Below, one piece after another: positions 9,701 to 18,981 of a stretch of DNA of 64,000 nucleotides. The DNA is taken from NCBI GenBank assembly GCA_033763415.1, contig JANRKP010000031.1, positions 10,202-74,201 on the forward strand, written 5' to 3'. The position numbers and the translations under genes are program-made. The number at the start of each line of letters is the position of its first letter. The stretch's first letter is position 1. The notes under the pieces were generated by a model that worked only from the letters and a program-made list of their open reading frames with translations, made no database searches and had not been told where the DNA came from. The stretch comes from Candidatus Melainabacteria bacterium (lineage in GTDB: Bacteria > Cyanobacteriota > Vampirovibrionia > Vampirovibrionales > JAJTHC01).

Positions 9701-9770
9701 GTATTCCACTCGTGAAAACACTGTGGCCAACCCCCGCTCGGTTCAAACGCCGGTGGCCGCTGGCTGGTAG
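6723..9770 (+). CDS. polysaccharide co-polymerase (Wzz/GumC-like chain-length determinant) with ~470-aa disordered N-terminal extension; no kinase domain
   Basis: TM1 (FWVAAVSLFVWCFTLGYGLFI) is followed by PSYVSESVVMIKDS, a long coiled-coil, and the C-terminal PPRTPAKPQFPAQSHVIVLGLLAGLMLGLGAAL (Pro-rich motif plus TM2). No Walker A is seen. The start is uncertain (GTG 6723). Confidence 0.75.
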   Translation: MNPRSSSHPSHPLPPEAGIAHHPRQGAGKAPQAGGQGWLSNLMATLGWQSPEARYLRSFTGSLSQPKTTSVRVDRTLTHSTSKQGAFPLSESPMTVDLTTRYTTTHSYQSTFHPKLVQSFEEAVNPAEHSLTDETTAKTSQSVASPLVDNDNTQAQPSASSSSDRYPLSHQTRRRPVGDTLAASSDAADPTPALETLLPEAALSPADSPTPLAQSLTIAPVVEANTTPARPDIDFELDKAFGTEETRPPIAPPTVPADEATPENALPQMFQAERTGTERIGADQSTEANGEPVAPEAASEMGYHAEPSLLETLHRMLHASHELREHHWDEGTADQEWSHTTEATFTATRRTPEGATSTRYMTDPRTGQPSSNPTPSHASADRALHEASVQVSKNTSLTTTVSIHSPTAARSATPLSGWDMSASAATADQNGLNNGFNQATAKPSRPSASKPKSILAILWREKFWVAAVSLFVWCFTLGYGLFIHKPSYVSESVVMIKDSAVTARYLTDAPYQTTSSSSANPVVNTQGLLRTKSVSDAVYEYFVAHYPSVLQAQKINNAREWAAFFGDGSRFIKSKNIPGSDLIQISFAWPNPEVAQQALSEALKAFQQASLALNRTEQITRGAFLDKKVADIRKRLGEVRAEKSAYMKKHGQVNINWETQEMARQRLELQMRISQTRAFAQGKEAEYRRYQEMVKLSPSESLTATAVGQNATMAKLQDRLYDLTQTHERLSATLTDTNPKVQELQAQINQAKADIETEMKRTLGESGKAPSRVVADVTGGEVIERMASTYADSSRLKNELNTLQASYNKIEAQAKALPEVQAKLMAYEQEERGLSTALDSLNQKELEAQMKVAETLSNVFIVDPPRTPAKPQFPAQSHVIVLGLLAGLMLGLGAALVKHQVGEWVDGLEEEADDDRSSYPQMPPPSLANNLNYNALPATAGAEANRLPALATTSQLPHEGGLLTATGHSRGVSSGGLDATRPEAAEVSPAHHSYSTRENTVANPRSVQTPVAAGW

Positions 9771-9848
9771 TTCACATAGAGTTTATATAGACGTGCTTTA
9801 TTACAACAGCCCCCTTCTCTCCTTCTCTGTTCAAGCCTCACGCTAGGA

Positions 9849-11555
9849 TTGCTCATGCATCGTTCCTCTGTAACCCATTTTTTCGGAACCCACGGGCGCG
9901 CTTCACTGTTTCAGCGTATGAATACACCGCTTCTGTTTGGTTTAACGGCCATTGGCGGCGTGTTGCTCCCGCTTCTGCTATACGGCCTGTTGCCCGCCTT
10001 GGGCGTGGAAGCCCCTGCCGGTTGGTTAAGTGTGGATCGGCTGGTTCTGTTGGTGCTGGGGCTGTTGGGCTTACTGACCTATGGTGTTCTGTTTCGCTAT
10101 GTTTGGCAACAGCCGGTCAGTTTACTCTACTGGCTGGTTCTGCTGTGGGTGCCCGTCGAATACGGACGAACGTTTCTGCTCAACAACGTGGGTGTTAACC
10201 TGGATTACCGCGTGCTGATGCTGCTGTTTTTGCCACCGGTAGCCCTTGCCCTGGGCGGACGCTATGCCGCCACGCTCTTAAAACGCTGTGCGTACCTGTT
10301 GCCATTGGGCGCGTTTGTACTGCTCACCGCCTGGTACTTTGTGTTTTTTAACATTAATATGGTCAATCCCATTCAGGCCCTGGGCAACAGTTCTTTTGGC
10401 GGTTCCATTGCCCTGAACTTTGCCAGCGCCATGGTCTATTCCTGGGTGGGCGCCATGGTGGGAATCCTTGCGTTGCGCGGCAGTGACCGGCCCGTGGAGA
10501 CTTTTCATCGGTTCAACCGGTGGTTGGTGGTGGGTGTTTTGCTGGAATCGGTTCTGTCCATTGTGGCTTACCCTGCGTTCGTTATGAACATTGATGGTTT
10601 TCAGCGGCTGGCGGGCATTTTACCCCACCCCAACATGTGGGTGCATCACCTGGGGCTGTTGCTGCTCTATCTCACCGGGTTGTTTTTGTACAACCATTGC
10701 CAGGAAAACCCGCCAGGCCAACTCCAGGCTCCCTCTACCCAGCCCACGGGTTGGCTTTTGCTGGCGTTACTGGCCGGGTCGGTTTCGTTTTTGCTAGGGC
10801 TGTCTAAAACCGGCATTGCCCTGCTGGCTGTTAGCCTGCTTCTGCTGTTGGGGCTCAGTATGCTGGTGGTGCCATCCATTCGCCGCCGTGGCTGGAGCGT
10901 GCTACTGTTGCTTGGGCTGTTAATTCCCGTGGGCTGGGTGGCCTATCCTATTTTGACGGGAGAATCCCTGCTGAAAATGCTGGAAGCCCGCCTGGAAGAC
11001 ACCAGTAGTATGGAATGGCGAATGAATCTGTGGCAAAACCTGCTGGCCAACCTGGATGCCTCTTCGTTTTTGTGGGGCAAGGGCTTAACGGCCTGTAACG
11101 AGTGGATTTTTCAGCTCACTTACGATAATGGCAACAGCTTTAAGCCGCTCATTTTGCCGCACAATGGTTACCTGCAACTGTTGTACGATTTTGGCCTGTT
11201 GGGTTTACTGTACTTTGCCGCAATTGGCGTGTTGGTATGGCAAACGGCGCAGCGGGGCATTTTTTCTGCAAAGCAGCCCCCGGCAGAAAGGATTTTAGCC
11301 GTGACCCTGGTGGCCATGGTCGTTTACTTTTTGGGCGTACTGGCATTTGATGAAATGTTGGTGATGTTTAACGCCCCGTTTTTATTCTGGACACTGAGCA
11401 GTTTGTTGTTTGCCCGCTTGCTGTGCCCCAAGCCGCCACAGAGGCATCCATACCCATCAGCATCGTCGTCGTCGTCGTTGAATCTCTATTCCAGTGTTCA
11501 TGCAACTTCAGGGGCTCCCTCACACACCAACCCGATGCGAGGAATCCTCCAGTGA
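9849..11555 (+). CDS. O-antigen ligase / Wzy-like polymerase family membrane protein
   Basis: It is a multi-TM protein. LPHNGYLQLLYDFGLLGLLYF matches the Wzy_C/O-antigen ligase signature region. Confidence 0.7.
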   Translation: MLMHRSSVTHFFGTHGRASLFQRMNTPLLFGLTAIGGVLLPLLLYGLLPALGVEAPAGWLSVDRLVLLVLGLLGLLTYGVLFRYVWQQPVSLLYWLVLLWVPVEYGRTFLLNNVGVNLDYRVLMLLFLPPVALALGGRYAATLLKRCAYLLPLGAFVLLTAWYFVFFNINMVNPIQALGNSSFGGSIALNFASAMVYSWVGAMVGILALRGSDRPVETFHRFNRWLVVGVLLESVLSIVAYPAFVMNIDGFQRLAGILPHPNMWVHHLGLLLLYLTGLFLYNHCQENPPGQLQAPSTQPTGWLLLALLAGSVSFLLGLSKTGIALLAVSLLLLLGLSMLVVPSIRRRGWSVLLLLGLLIPVGWVAYPILTGESLLKMLEARLEDTSSMEWRMNLWQNLLANLDASSFLWGKGLTACNEWIFQLTYDNGNSFKPLILPHNGYLQLLYDFGLLGLLYFAAIGVLVWQTAQRGIFSAKQPPAERILAVTLVAMVVYFLGVLAFDEMLVMFNAPFLFWTLSSLLFARLLCPKPPQRHPYPSASSSSSLNLYSSVHATSGAPSHTNPMRGILQ

Positions 11556-13387
11556 GTGCGCCAACCCCCGCCACTGCCCAGCAGATGGATGCTCATCCCG
11601 GGCCCTTATTGTCAACAGAGGAAACTGTTGCCAGCCGGGCTGCTTCCGCTCAAACGCTTGGGCAACGCTACATGATGGGGGTGGGGGCTGGCGCCTTTAG
11701 CGTGGCCGTGCGTCTGTTGGTGAGTATTGTCAGCCTTCCGGTGTTGGTTGCTGGCCTGGGCCCGGAGGCGTTTGGCCTGTACGTGCTGCTGGTAACCGTG
11801 GTGGAACTGTGCCAAACCCTGGAGCTGGGAATGGTTCAGGGGTTGATCAAGTTACTGGGCATGGCGCGCGGGGCTCCTTCCGCCACCTCTTCCGCCACCT
11901 CTGCTGACGGCCCTGAGGCAACGCATTCTCCTAAAGATTTACTGGCCCTGACGAATGGTTTTTTTACTGCAATTTCTCTGCTACTGCTGGTGTTGGGCGT
12001 ATTGTTCTCTCCCATTTTGCCGCAATGGCTGCACTGCCCCCCCGCGTTGTTATCCGTGGCCCGGTGGGGCGTGTTACTGGTAACCGTGGAGAGCGTGCTT
12101 CGGTTGTACGCCAGCTACAGCCGCGGTGTTTTGGTTAGCCACTGCGCCAACCACGGCTCTAACCTGGCGGAAGCTCTCTACAGCGCTGCTGTCAATCTTC
12201 TGGCCATTGCATTGGTTACGTTTGGCTACGGATTGCTCAGTATTTTAACCGTTCGGCTTGTGTTGATGGTGGCCTACACCGTTTTTTTACTGCGTTCCGC
12301 CAGGGCGCTGGAACCCGATATTCGACCCTTGAGAGGGGTTTTGTCCTGGTATACGGCCCCGGCGCACACGCGTTGTAGTCTTCTGGATCTCAGCGTGTTT
12401 GCCTCGCTTAATTTTGTGAGTCACCTGCTGGCCAACCGGGTGGATACGTTTGTGATTGCCGTGTTTCTGCCACTCAGGCTGGTCAGTGTGTTTGAAATCG
12501 TGTTTCGGATGACGGGCTACGTGGGCTTGATTGGTGCCAAACTATCGGAGTTACAGGCCGGATTGTTCGCCCGTCTGCTGGCGCAGAACCATCAGCGGGC
12601 CTGTCAGCAACTGTTTTTGCGCACCAGCAGTCTCAACAATCTGGTGGCGGGCATTTTGCTCCTGTACGTGGGGGTGTTTTTTCCGGTGCTGCTGCGCTAC
12701 TTTTCAGCCGGTACGGTACACCTGCCGGAAACGTTACCCTTGCTAGCCGTGGCCATTCCGGTGGCCTGGAGTGGCCTGTTGCAGCTACCCGCTTCCGCTT
12801 ACCTGTTTAACGCCGGGCTCCATCGTTATGTGATGGGGGTCAATATGGCTGGCGCGTTGGTTAATCTGCTGCTGAGCGTGTGGTGGGTGCAATGGTTGGG
12901 GCTGCCGGGCGTGGCGCTGGGCACCTTGTTGCCACAACTTGCACAACACCTGATTGGCCTGGTGGGCTTTGCCTGCCGTCGGTTGAATCTCTCCATTCGT
13001 CGTTACCTGCTGGAAGTGTTGGGGGTGGCGCTACTGCCGTGGGCGTTGGCCGCCGGGGTGTTTTTAATCGGCCGCTTCTATCTGCTCCCACCCGACTCCG
13101 CCGCTCCGTTACAGCCAGCTTCCCTACCCATGCTGGCGGCTGTGGGCCTCTTGGGTGGAACGATCGCTTTTGGACTATGGTTTATGACCACGGCCAGCGC
13201 CTTTGAGCGCCGGTTGTTGCGGCAGATGCTTCGGCAGTGGAAACGCACCTGGCTTTTGAGTCGACCGCCGCAAAAGGCCAATGCGCGAGGCTCTGCGTTG
13301 GGGATTGCGTCAGTACCGCAAAGTTCCGTTGGCGCCGCTTGTGCGGTGCTTGTAAGAGAGAGCGCTTCGTCGGAGGGGATGCCGTGA
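11552..13387 (+). CDS. polysaccharide flippase (Wzx / MOP superfamily)
   Basis: It is a ~610-aa polytopic protein in a Wzy/GT context. An in-frame GTG at 11552 overlaps the Wzy stop as GTGA; ATG 11584 is an alternative start. Confidence 0.65.
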   Translation: MSAPTPATAQQMDAHPGPLLSTEETVASRAASAQTLGQRYMMGVGAGAFSVAVRLLVSIVSLPVLVAGLGPEAFGLYVLLVTVVELCQTLELGMVQGLIKLLGMARGAPSATSSATSADGPEATHSPKDLLALTNGFFTAISLLLLVLGVLFSPILPQWLHCPPALLSVARWGVLLVTVESVLRLYASYSRGVLVSHCANHGSNLAEALYSAAVNLLAIALVTFGYGLLSILTVRLVLMVAYTVFLLRSARALEPDIRPLRGVLSWYTAPAHTRCSLLDLSVFASLNFVSHLLANRVDTFVIAVFLPLRLVSVFEIVFRMTGYVGLIGAKLSELQAGLFARLLAQNHQRACQQLFLRTSSLNNLVAGILLLYVGVFFPVLLRYFSAGTVHLPETLPLLAVAIPVAWSGLLQLPASAYLFNAGLHRYVMGVNMAGALVNLLLSVWWVQWLGLPGVALGTLLPQLAQHLIGLVGFACRRLNLSIRRYLLEVLGVALLPWALAAGVFLIGRFYLLPPDSAAPLQPASLPMLAAVGLLGGTIAFGLWFMTTASAFERRLLRQMLRQWKRTWLLSRPPQKANARGSALGIASVPQSSVGAACAVLVRESASSEGMP

Positions 13388-14535
13388 GCCTGCCAAAAAT
13401 TTCCATTATTATGCCAGCCCGCAATGCGGCCCGGTTTTTACGCCAGGCCATTGCCTCGGTACAGGCCCAGTCTTTTACCAACTGGGAATTGATCGTCGTG
13501 GATGATGCTTCTACGGATGAAACCCCTGCCATTTTAGCGGCGCTTGCCCAAAACGATGGCCGGATACGAGTGCTGTCTCGGCAGACGGCCAGCGGAAGCG
13601 CGGCGGCGGCCAGGAACCTTGCGCTGGAGGCTGTTCAGGGAGAGATGGTTGGCTTTTTGGATGCCGATGATATCTTTGAGCCAGACGCGCTCAATTGCCT
13701 GTGGCAAGCCTTGGCCACCGAACCCCAGTTGGAGGCCGTTTACGGATTTGCCCGCGATATGGACGAGCAGGGTCGCGTGATGGAAAAGCCGGTTCCGTGC
13801 CTGGTGGCTCAAGCCGATGGAAGCTATCGCCTGGCCCCAGGCTACCCGCCAGACTGGCGACGGTTGGTCTTTGGCTGGTTTGAACACTCCTTGGCCGGTC
13901 TGCTGGTTCGGCGCTCCGTTCTGGAGCAGCTTGGGTTGTTTCGGACGGATTTGCCCTACGGCGAAGACTGGGTTTTATACCTCAAACTTTACCTGCGCGG
14001 CCCGGATCGCATTCGATGCCTGCCGCACTACGTGTTTTGTTACCGGCAAAATTCGCTCAGCGTTACCAAGCAGCCGCACACGCCATTGGTTCGGCAAGCG
14101 GTTCGGCAGAGTGGACTCTCTATTATTGACTGGTTGTTTGGGCAAGAAACCCGCCTGCCGGAATCGGTCCGGCCGTTGCGGGGTCCGGCCACGCTTCAGT
14201 GGTTTTTGCTGTGGGCCAAAATGCAGTTAATGCAAGGCCACGGAAAGAGTTGCCGTTGTTACCTGCAAATGGCTCTTCGCACGCCGGGTGTGGCTGTTGG
14301 CTGTTGGCTGAAAACCGCAGGACCCTTTTGGCTGCTCAGTTTGTTGCCTTGGTCGTGCATTCAGGCAATTCGATCGGTTCAGGTGCGTTTAAAGTACCAG
14401 TTGGCCTGGCTGTATAGCCGTCCTCGTTCACAAATATTCCGCGATTCCCCTCCCTACTTCAACCCCTGGAGTATTGCCCTGTATGTCATTTGCAGAAGCC
14501 AGTCTTTGGAAAGAGACCTCTCCTCGTTACACTGA
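13384..14535 (+). CDS. family-2 glycosyltransferase, paralog 1 of 4
   Basis: ISIIMPARNAARFLRQAIASVQAQSFTNWELIVVDDASTDET and FLDADD are GT2 motifs. GTG 13384 overlaps the flippase stop as GTGA. Confidence 0.8.
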   Translation: MSLPKISIIMPARNAARFLRQAIASVQAQSFTNWELIVVDDASTDETPAILAALAQNDGRIRVLSRQTASGSAAAARNLALEAVQGEMVGFLDADDIFEPDALNCLWQALATEPQLEAVYGFARDMDEQGRVMEKPVPCLVAQADGSYRLAPGYPPDWRRLVFGWFEHSLAGLLVRRSVLEQLGLFRTDLPYGEDWVLYLKLYLRGPDRIRCLPHYVFCYRQNSLSVTKQPHTPLVRQAVRQSGLSIIDWLFGQETRLPESVRPLRGPATLQWFLLWAKMQLMQGHGKSCRCYLQMALRTPGVAVGCWLKTAGPFWLLSLLPWSCIQAIRSVQVRLKYQLAWLYSRPRSQIFRDSPPYFNPWSIALYVICRSQSLERDLSSLH

Positions 14536-15685
14536 GTCCAATCCATCCCTTGGCGCAGTTTGCCCCAAGGACGCGCCGCAGTCGCCCTTAATTTCTGTCA
14601 TTATGCCCACCTTCAATTTGCATCGCTACACGGCCGATGCGCTGGAGTCGGTCTATCGGCAAACTTATCCCCACTGGGAACTGCTTGTGGTGGATGACGG
14701 CTCCACCGACCACACGCTTTCCGTAGTTCGTCGCTGGCACGCCCGCCGACAGAACGATCCACGGGTTAAAGTCATTTCAACACCCTATAATGTGGGCATT
14801 GCCGGGGCAAGAAACACGGCGCTTCGGTTGGCAGAGGGGCAGTACATTGCCTTTTTAGACGCCGACGACCTGTATGAGCCCGACGCCCTGGAAAAGTTGC
14901 TGACCGCCCTGCAACAGCACCCGCAATGGGATATGGTGCACGGCCACTACACCACGATCGATTCGGCCAACTACCCACTGGAGCGGGACCAATCCGTGGT
15001 TGTTCCTGCCAATGGGGGCGGCTGGCAGTGGAACGAGCGGTTTATTCCCAACTCGGTTCATAAAATCGTGACCGAATCCTTCATTCACTTTTTCAGCGCC
15101 ACGCTGATGCGCCGTTCCGTATTGGAGACGGTCGGGCTTCAGAACGAAACCCTGCCTCCGGCGGAAGATTTTGAATACTTTTGCCGAATGCTGCTGTTTC
15201 ACGGGCAAACCTTGGGCTATTTGCCCACGCCGGTCTACCGTTACCGTATTCACACCGCCAGCGCCACCAAGGATCCGCGCCGGTTGCAAAACAACATTCA
15301 GCGTTGTCGGCTGGTGCGGCGCTGGCTGTTTGCCCACCCGCAGCTACCTTCCGAAGCACTTGGCTATGAGTCGGAATCTTATGCGCGGATGTACGGCTAC
15401 TGGGGGCGGGAACGTCTGTTGGATGGCAACCCCGAATTGACCTTAAACGTAATGGCGCAAGCCTGGCAAGATCCCCAGGTAAAGGCTAAAGACTGGCTTG
15501 CCCACTGCTTGCCCCTGACCATTCGGGCCTGTTTGCCCGCTGCGCTGGAGTTTAACCTGCGTAGCGAGCGCCGCCAGGCATTTTGGAATCGTCTGCATTG
15601 GGTCGGCTCCGGGCTTCGGGCGTTGGAACGCTGGCTGCAAACGCTGCTGAGCACACCGGCCACCCCCAGCCTGCAAAAGGCATAG
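14474..15685 (+). CDS. family-2 glycosyltransferase, paralog 2 of 4
   Basis: ISVIMPTFNLHRYTADALESVYRQTYPHWELLVVDDGSTDHT and FLDADD are GT2 motifs. The start is TTG 14474 or ATG 14483, overlapping the previous gene. Confidence 0.8.
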   Translation: MPCMSFAEASLWKETSPRYTESNPSLGAVCPKDAPQSPLISVIMPTFNLHRYTADALESVYRQTYPHWELLVVDDGSTDHTLSVVRRWHARRQNDPRVKVISTPYNVGIAGARNTALRLAEGQYIAFLDADDLYEPDALEKLLTALQQHPQWDMVHGHYTTIDSANYPLERDQSVVVPANGGGWQWNERFIPNSVHKIVTESFIHFFSATLMRRSVLETVGLQNETLPPAEDFEYFCRMLLFHGQTLGYLPTPVYRYRIHTASATKDPRRLQNNIQRCRLVRRWLFAHPQLPSEALGYESESYARMYGYWGRERLLDGNPELTLNVMAQAWQDPQVKAKDWLAHCLPLTIRACLPAALEFNLRSERRQAFWNRLHWVGSGLRALERWLQTLLSTPATPSLQKA

Positions 15686-15711
15686 CAACACCACGCTTGG
15701 AGTTTTTCTCA

Positions 15712-16935
15712 ATGACCGCTGCTGATACGTCTTCCAATACGTTAACGGCTGATACGTTAACCCCGGATCCCTCAACGGACATCCAGCCCGTTGGCTTGCA
15801 AGCACCCCGGTGGCCCTCTCTAAACCACCGCAATCCGGTCGTGAGCGGGCTGGTTTCCGTGATTATGCCCGCCTACAACGTGGCAGGGTTTATTGTGGAC
15901 GCCCTGGAATCCGTGCGCCTGCAAACCTATCCCCACTGGGAACTGATTGTGGTGGATGACGGTTCGACGGACGATACCGCCAGCCGCGTAAAAGCCTACC
16001 AGCAGCAGTACCCCACGTTGCCCGTGCGCCTGTTGCAAAAACCAAACGGTGGGGTTTCCAGCGCCTACAATGCCGGGGTTCAGGCCTCCTGTGGAGAATA
16101 CCTGGCCTGCCTGGACCCGGATGACGCCTACGAGCCCAACGCGTTGGCCTTGATGGTTGACGTGCTGCAACAACAACCCCAGGTGGTGGCCGTTCATGGC
16201 GTGCAGCGCCATATGGATGAGGCGGGCAACCTGCTGGCGCAAGATGCCTCCGTACTGGTGGGGCAGCCGGATGGAAGCCTGGCCTGGGACCCGGCCTATT
16301 TACCCTCTTGGCGCAACGTGAGTTTGGAGCGTTTTATTCATTCCTTTTGCGGCTCGGTCATTCGTCGGCAGGTGGTGCAACAAATAGGGCTCGGGCGAGA
16401 AGATCTGAACATTAGCGAGGATTACGAGTTTTTTCTCCGGCTCTTTTTACACAACCCCACCCAGGGGCTCTATTACTTGCCTGAACCCGTGTTTCGTTAC
16501 CGGGTGCGTGCGGGCAGCCTGACCCGAGACGACCGCCGGTACCGCGAGGCGATTGATTGCGGGCTTCGCGTTCGGCAGTGGTGGTTTTTCCAGGCGCCGA
16601 TTCCGGGCGAAATCCGTCGGGAGTTACTGCCACTCTATGGCTTATCGGTTTTAAATCTGCACACATTTTGGGCCAGAGAACGCCTGATCCAACAACGCGC
16701 CACCCTGACCCGAGACATTACGGCAATGGCCTGGCGCGAACCCAGCATCTCAAAACGGCTGTGGTTTCAGCGTTGCTTTCCGCTGTGGTTGCGTAGCTGG
16801 CTACCCGCACCGGTGGAATCGGGCTTGCGTTGGTGCCGCATGTGGGGTAAACAATCATGGCAAGTCTGCTGGCGTCTCAATGGTTATCCACAATGGTTGA
16901 AGCGCTTTCAGCGGGTTGAAATTAAATCCGGCTAA
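15712..16935 (+). CDS. family-2 glycosyltransferase, paralog 3 of 4
   Basis: VSVIMPAYNVAGFIVDALESVRLQTYPHWELIVVDDGSTDDT and CLDPDD are GT2 motifs. ATG 15712 is the first start after the upstream stop. Confidence 0.8.
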   Translation: MTAADTSSNTLTADTLTPDPSTDIQPVGLQAPRWPSLNHRNPVVSGLVSVIMPAYNVAGFIVDALESVRLQTYPHWELIVVDDGSTDDTASRVKAYQQQYPTLPVRLLQKPNGGVSSAYNAGVQASCGEYLACLDPDDAYEPNALALMVDVLQQQPQVVAVHGVQRHMDEAGNLLAQDASVLVGQPDGSLAWDPAYLPSWRNVSLERFIHSFCGSVIRRQVVQQIGLGREDLNISEDYEFFLRLFLHNPTQGLYYLPEPVFRYRVRAGSLTRDDRRYREAIDCGLRVRQWWFFQAPIPGEIRRELLPLYGLSVLNLHTFWARERLIQQRATLTRDITAMAWREPSISKRLWFQRCFPLWLRSWLPAPVESGLRWCRMWGKQSWQVCWRLNGYPQWLKRFQRVEIKSG

Positions 16936-17036
16936 ACGCGGCATCGGTTTATAAACACTCAAGAAAACCCATCCCAAACACCCGGAGGCCGTTCAACCTC
17001 CACGCACCCAGCACGCAACTGCATATTGGAAGCACC

Positions 17037-18053
17037 ATGGCCCCACAGACAACCGAAACCGACGATCTTCCGGCGCCTTTTGCCAAGCTGCAAGCCGAGG
17101 AAAAGACGGCCACACTGGCCACGACGCCACAGATATCGGTTGTCATGCCTGTTTACAACGCGGCGCCCTATCTGGCCGAAGCGATCGAATCCGTATTGCA
17201 GCAGAGTTTGCCCGATTTTGAACTCATTGTGGTGGATGACGGCTCGACCGATGGATCGCCTGCCGTGGCGAAAGCCTACCTCCGTCAAGATGCTCGGGTT
17301 CGCTATATGCGCTTGCCGCACTGTGGAATTAATACCCGGGTGCGCAATGAGGGGCTGACGGAGACCCGGGGCGCGTATATTGCCTTTCTGGACGCAGACG
17401 ATCGGTATTTGCCCGATGCGCTGGAGCGGTTGTACAACCAGTTGCAGCAACAACCGCAGTGTCCTGCGGTGTTTGCCTACGGGCAGGTGATGGACGCCAA
17501 CGGACACCTGCTAAAGCAACAGCCCGGCCAGCCCAAGCAAAAGCCGACCCTGGCCCAGGTATTTAGGGGCTATTGTCCAGACCACCTGCAAGGGCTGATG
17601 CTGCGACGCCAGACCCTGGAAGGTATCGGCCTCCTGAACCCGACCCTGCCAGCCCACGGAGACTACGAGTTTTACCTGCGCTTGTGGCGGCAGTATGCGG
17701 AAACCATTGCCTATTTGCCCGAACCCGTGTTTGCCTACCGTCGGCATGCGGGCAGCCTGACCCGGCAGCCGGAACGGCTCTACCAGATTCTTGAGGCGCG
17801 GCGTCAGGTTTTGCTTTGGCTGTACCAAACCACCACGGAGCCCGATCAGCAACGGCATCTACCGCCTTTTCAGGAACGATTAACCCGAACCTACTGCTAT
17901 GCGGCGCAGGATCGCCTGCAGAACGGACAGCCGGAGTTGGCCCGTAAAGCCCTGGAAGCCGCCCGGCAAGACGCGCAGATCCCGGCGCACTACTGGTGGC
18001 GGTGGTGCTTTCGGTTGTGGCTAAAAAGCTGGTACTCGCCCCTGCATTTCTAG
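17037..18053 (+). CDS. family-2 glycosyltransferase, paralog 4 of 4
   Basis: ISVVMPVYNAAPYLAEAIESVLQQSLPDFELIVVDDGSTDGS and FLDADD are GT2 motifs. It shares a Trp-rich C-terminal extension with the other three paralogs. Confidence 0.8.
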   Translation: MAPQTTETDDLPAPFAKLQAEEKTATLATTPQISVVMPVYNAAPYLAEAIESVLQQSLPDFELIVVDDGSTDGSPAVAKAYLRQDARVRYMRLPHCGINTRVRNEGLTETRGAYIAFLDADDRYLPDALERLYNQLQQQPQCPAVFAYGQVMDANGHLLKQQPGQPKQKPTLAQVFRGYCPDHLQGLMLRRQTLEGIGLLNPTLPAHGDYEFYLRLWRQYAETIAYLPEPVFAYRRHAGSLTRQPERLYQILEARRQVLLWLYQTTTEPDQQRHLPPFQERLTRTYCYAAQDRLQNGQPELARKALEAARQDAQIPAHYWWRWCFRLWLKSWYSPLHF

Positions 18054-18657
18054 GCGTTTTTGGCCTGGCTGGAGATTGGATGACAAGGCGTGGTGTTGGT
18101 AGCAGGGGTATTGTCTGGGTGCTTTCGGTTACAAGATGTAAAGCATTGTTTTTCTTGCCCCAGGCCGAATGGCGAGTATTTCGATCGCCCACGCACGCAC
18201 GTATCCCTCTGCGGGGCTGAACCCTGCCGTCCATAGGTCGAAACGATCTGTAGGCCCTAGAATTCTGTACGTCCCAGAATTTTTACGCGCTGGGCGCTAT
18301 ACGTAAGAATGGGGTGGCAGCCGAAACCAAAACGGAACGGTAACCGACAAATCGAATAGGCAAAAGACAAGGACCCACCGTGCACGCCGTTTGGCGGATT
18401 CTCTTTCTCCTCAATGGTTTTTTGGATGGTTGAAACGTGGCGTAACCGCACGTGTTTGATACAAAAACGGCTATCGAAATCCGGTTGCACTATACCCGCG
18501 TGCATCCAAAGACCCTGGCGTGCTGAAAGCCAACGCTAAAGCAAAGGACGATGAAACGATTAGGCGTTCAACCGGGCTGGTATGTGGGTGCCGCTGTGGC
18601 TGGATGCCTGTGCAACGGACGGCCTGCAATAGGACAAATGTAAACGGGAGGCGTGGG

Positions 18658-18837
18658 ATGGCATTTTTAATTGAAAACCCAAACGGACGGAGGATGATTC
18701 GGCTTTCTGCCCAGGATGTGCTCGCCGTGGTGCAAAGCTACCAGCAGCAAACCGCTGCACAGGCCACACCACCCGCCTATACGGAAGCCGAACAGCTATT
18801 TGCGCATCATCCGCTGCATTTACCGCTGGATAATTAA
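18658..18837 (+). CDS. small hypothetical protein (59 aa)
   Basis: ATG 18658 lies 6 nt after GGGAGG. I recognise no motif. Confidence 0.3.
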   Translation: MAFLIENPNGRRMIRLSAQDVLAVVQSYQQQTAAQATPPAYTEAEQLFAHHPLHLPLDN

Positions 18838-18981
18838 CGCTATCAATAGTCCTCTGAATCGTCATACAGACCACTCAGACGGCCTAAAAAAGCAAAAGAA
18901 CGCCTGCCACACAACAGGGGTGGGGCAGGCGCTTTTTGGATTATGCAGTACACTCAAAGTGGTTCAACCACTGTAACGCTT

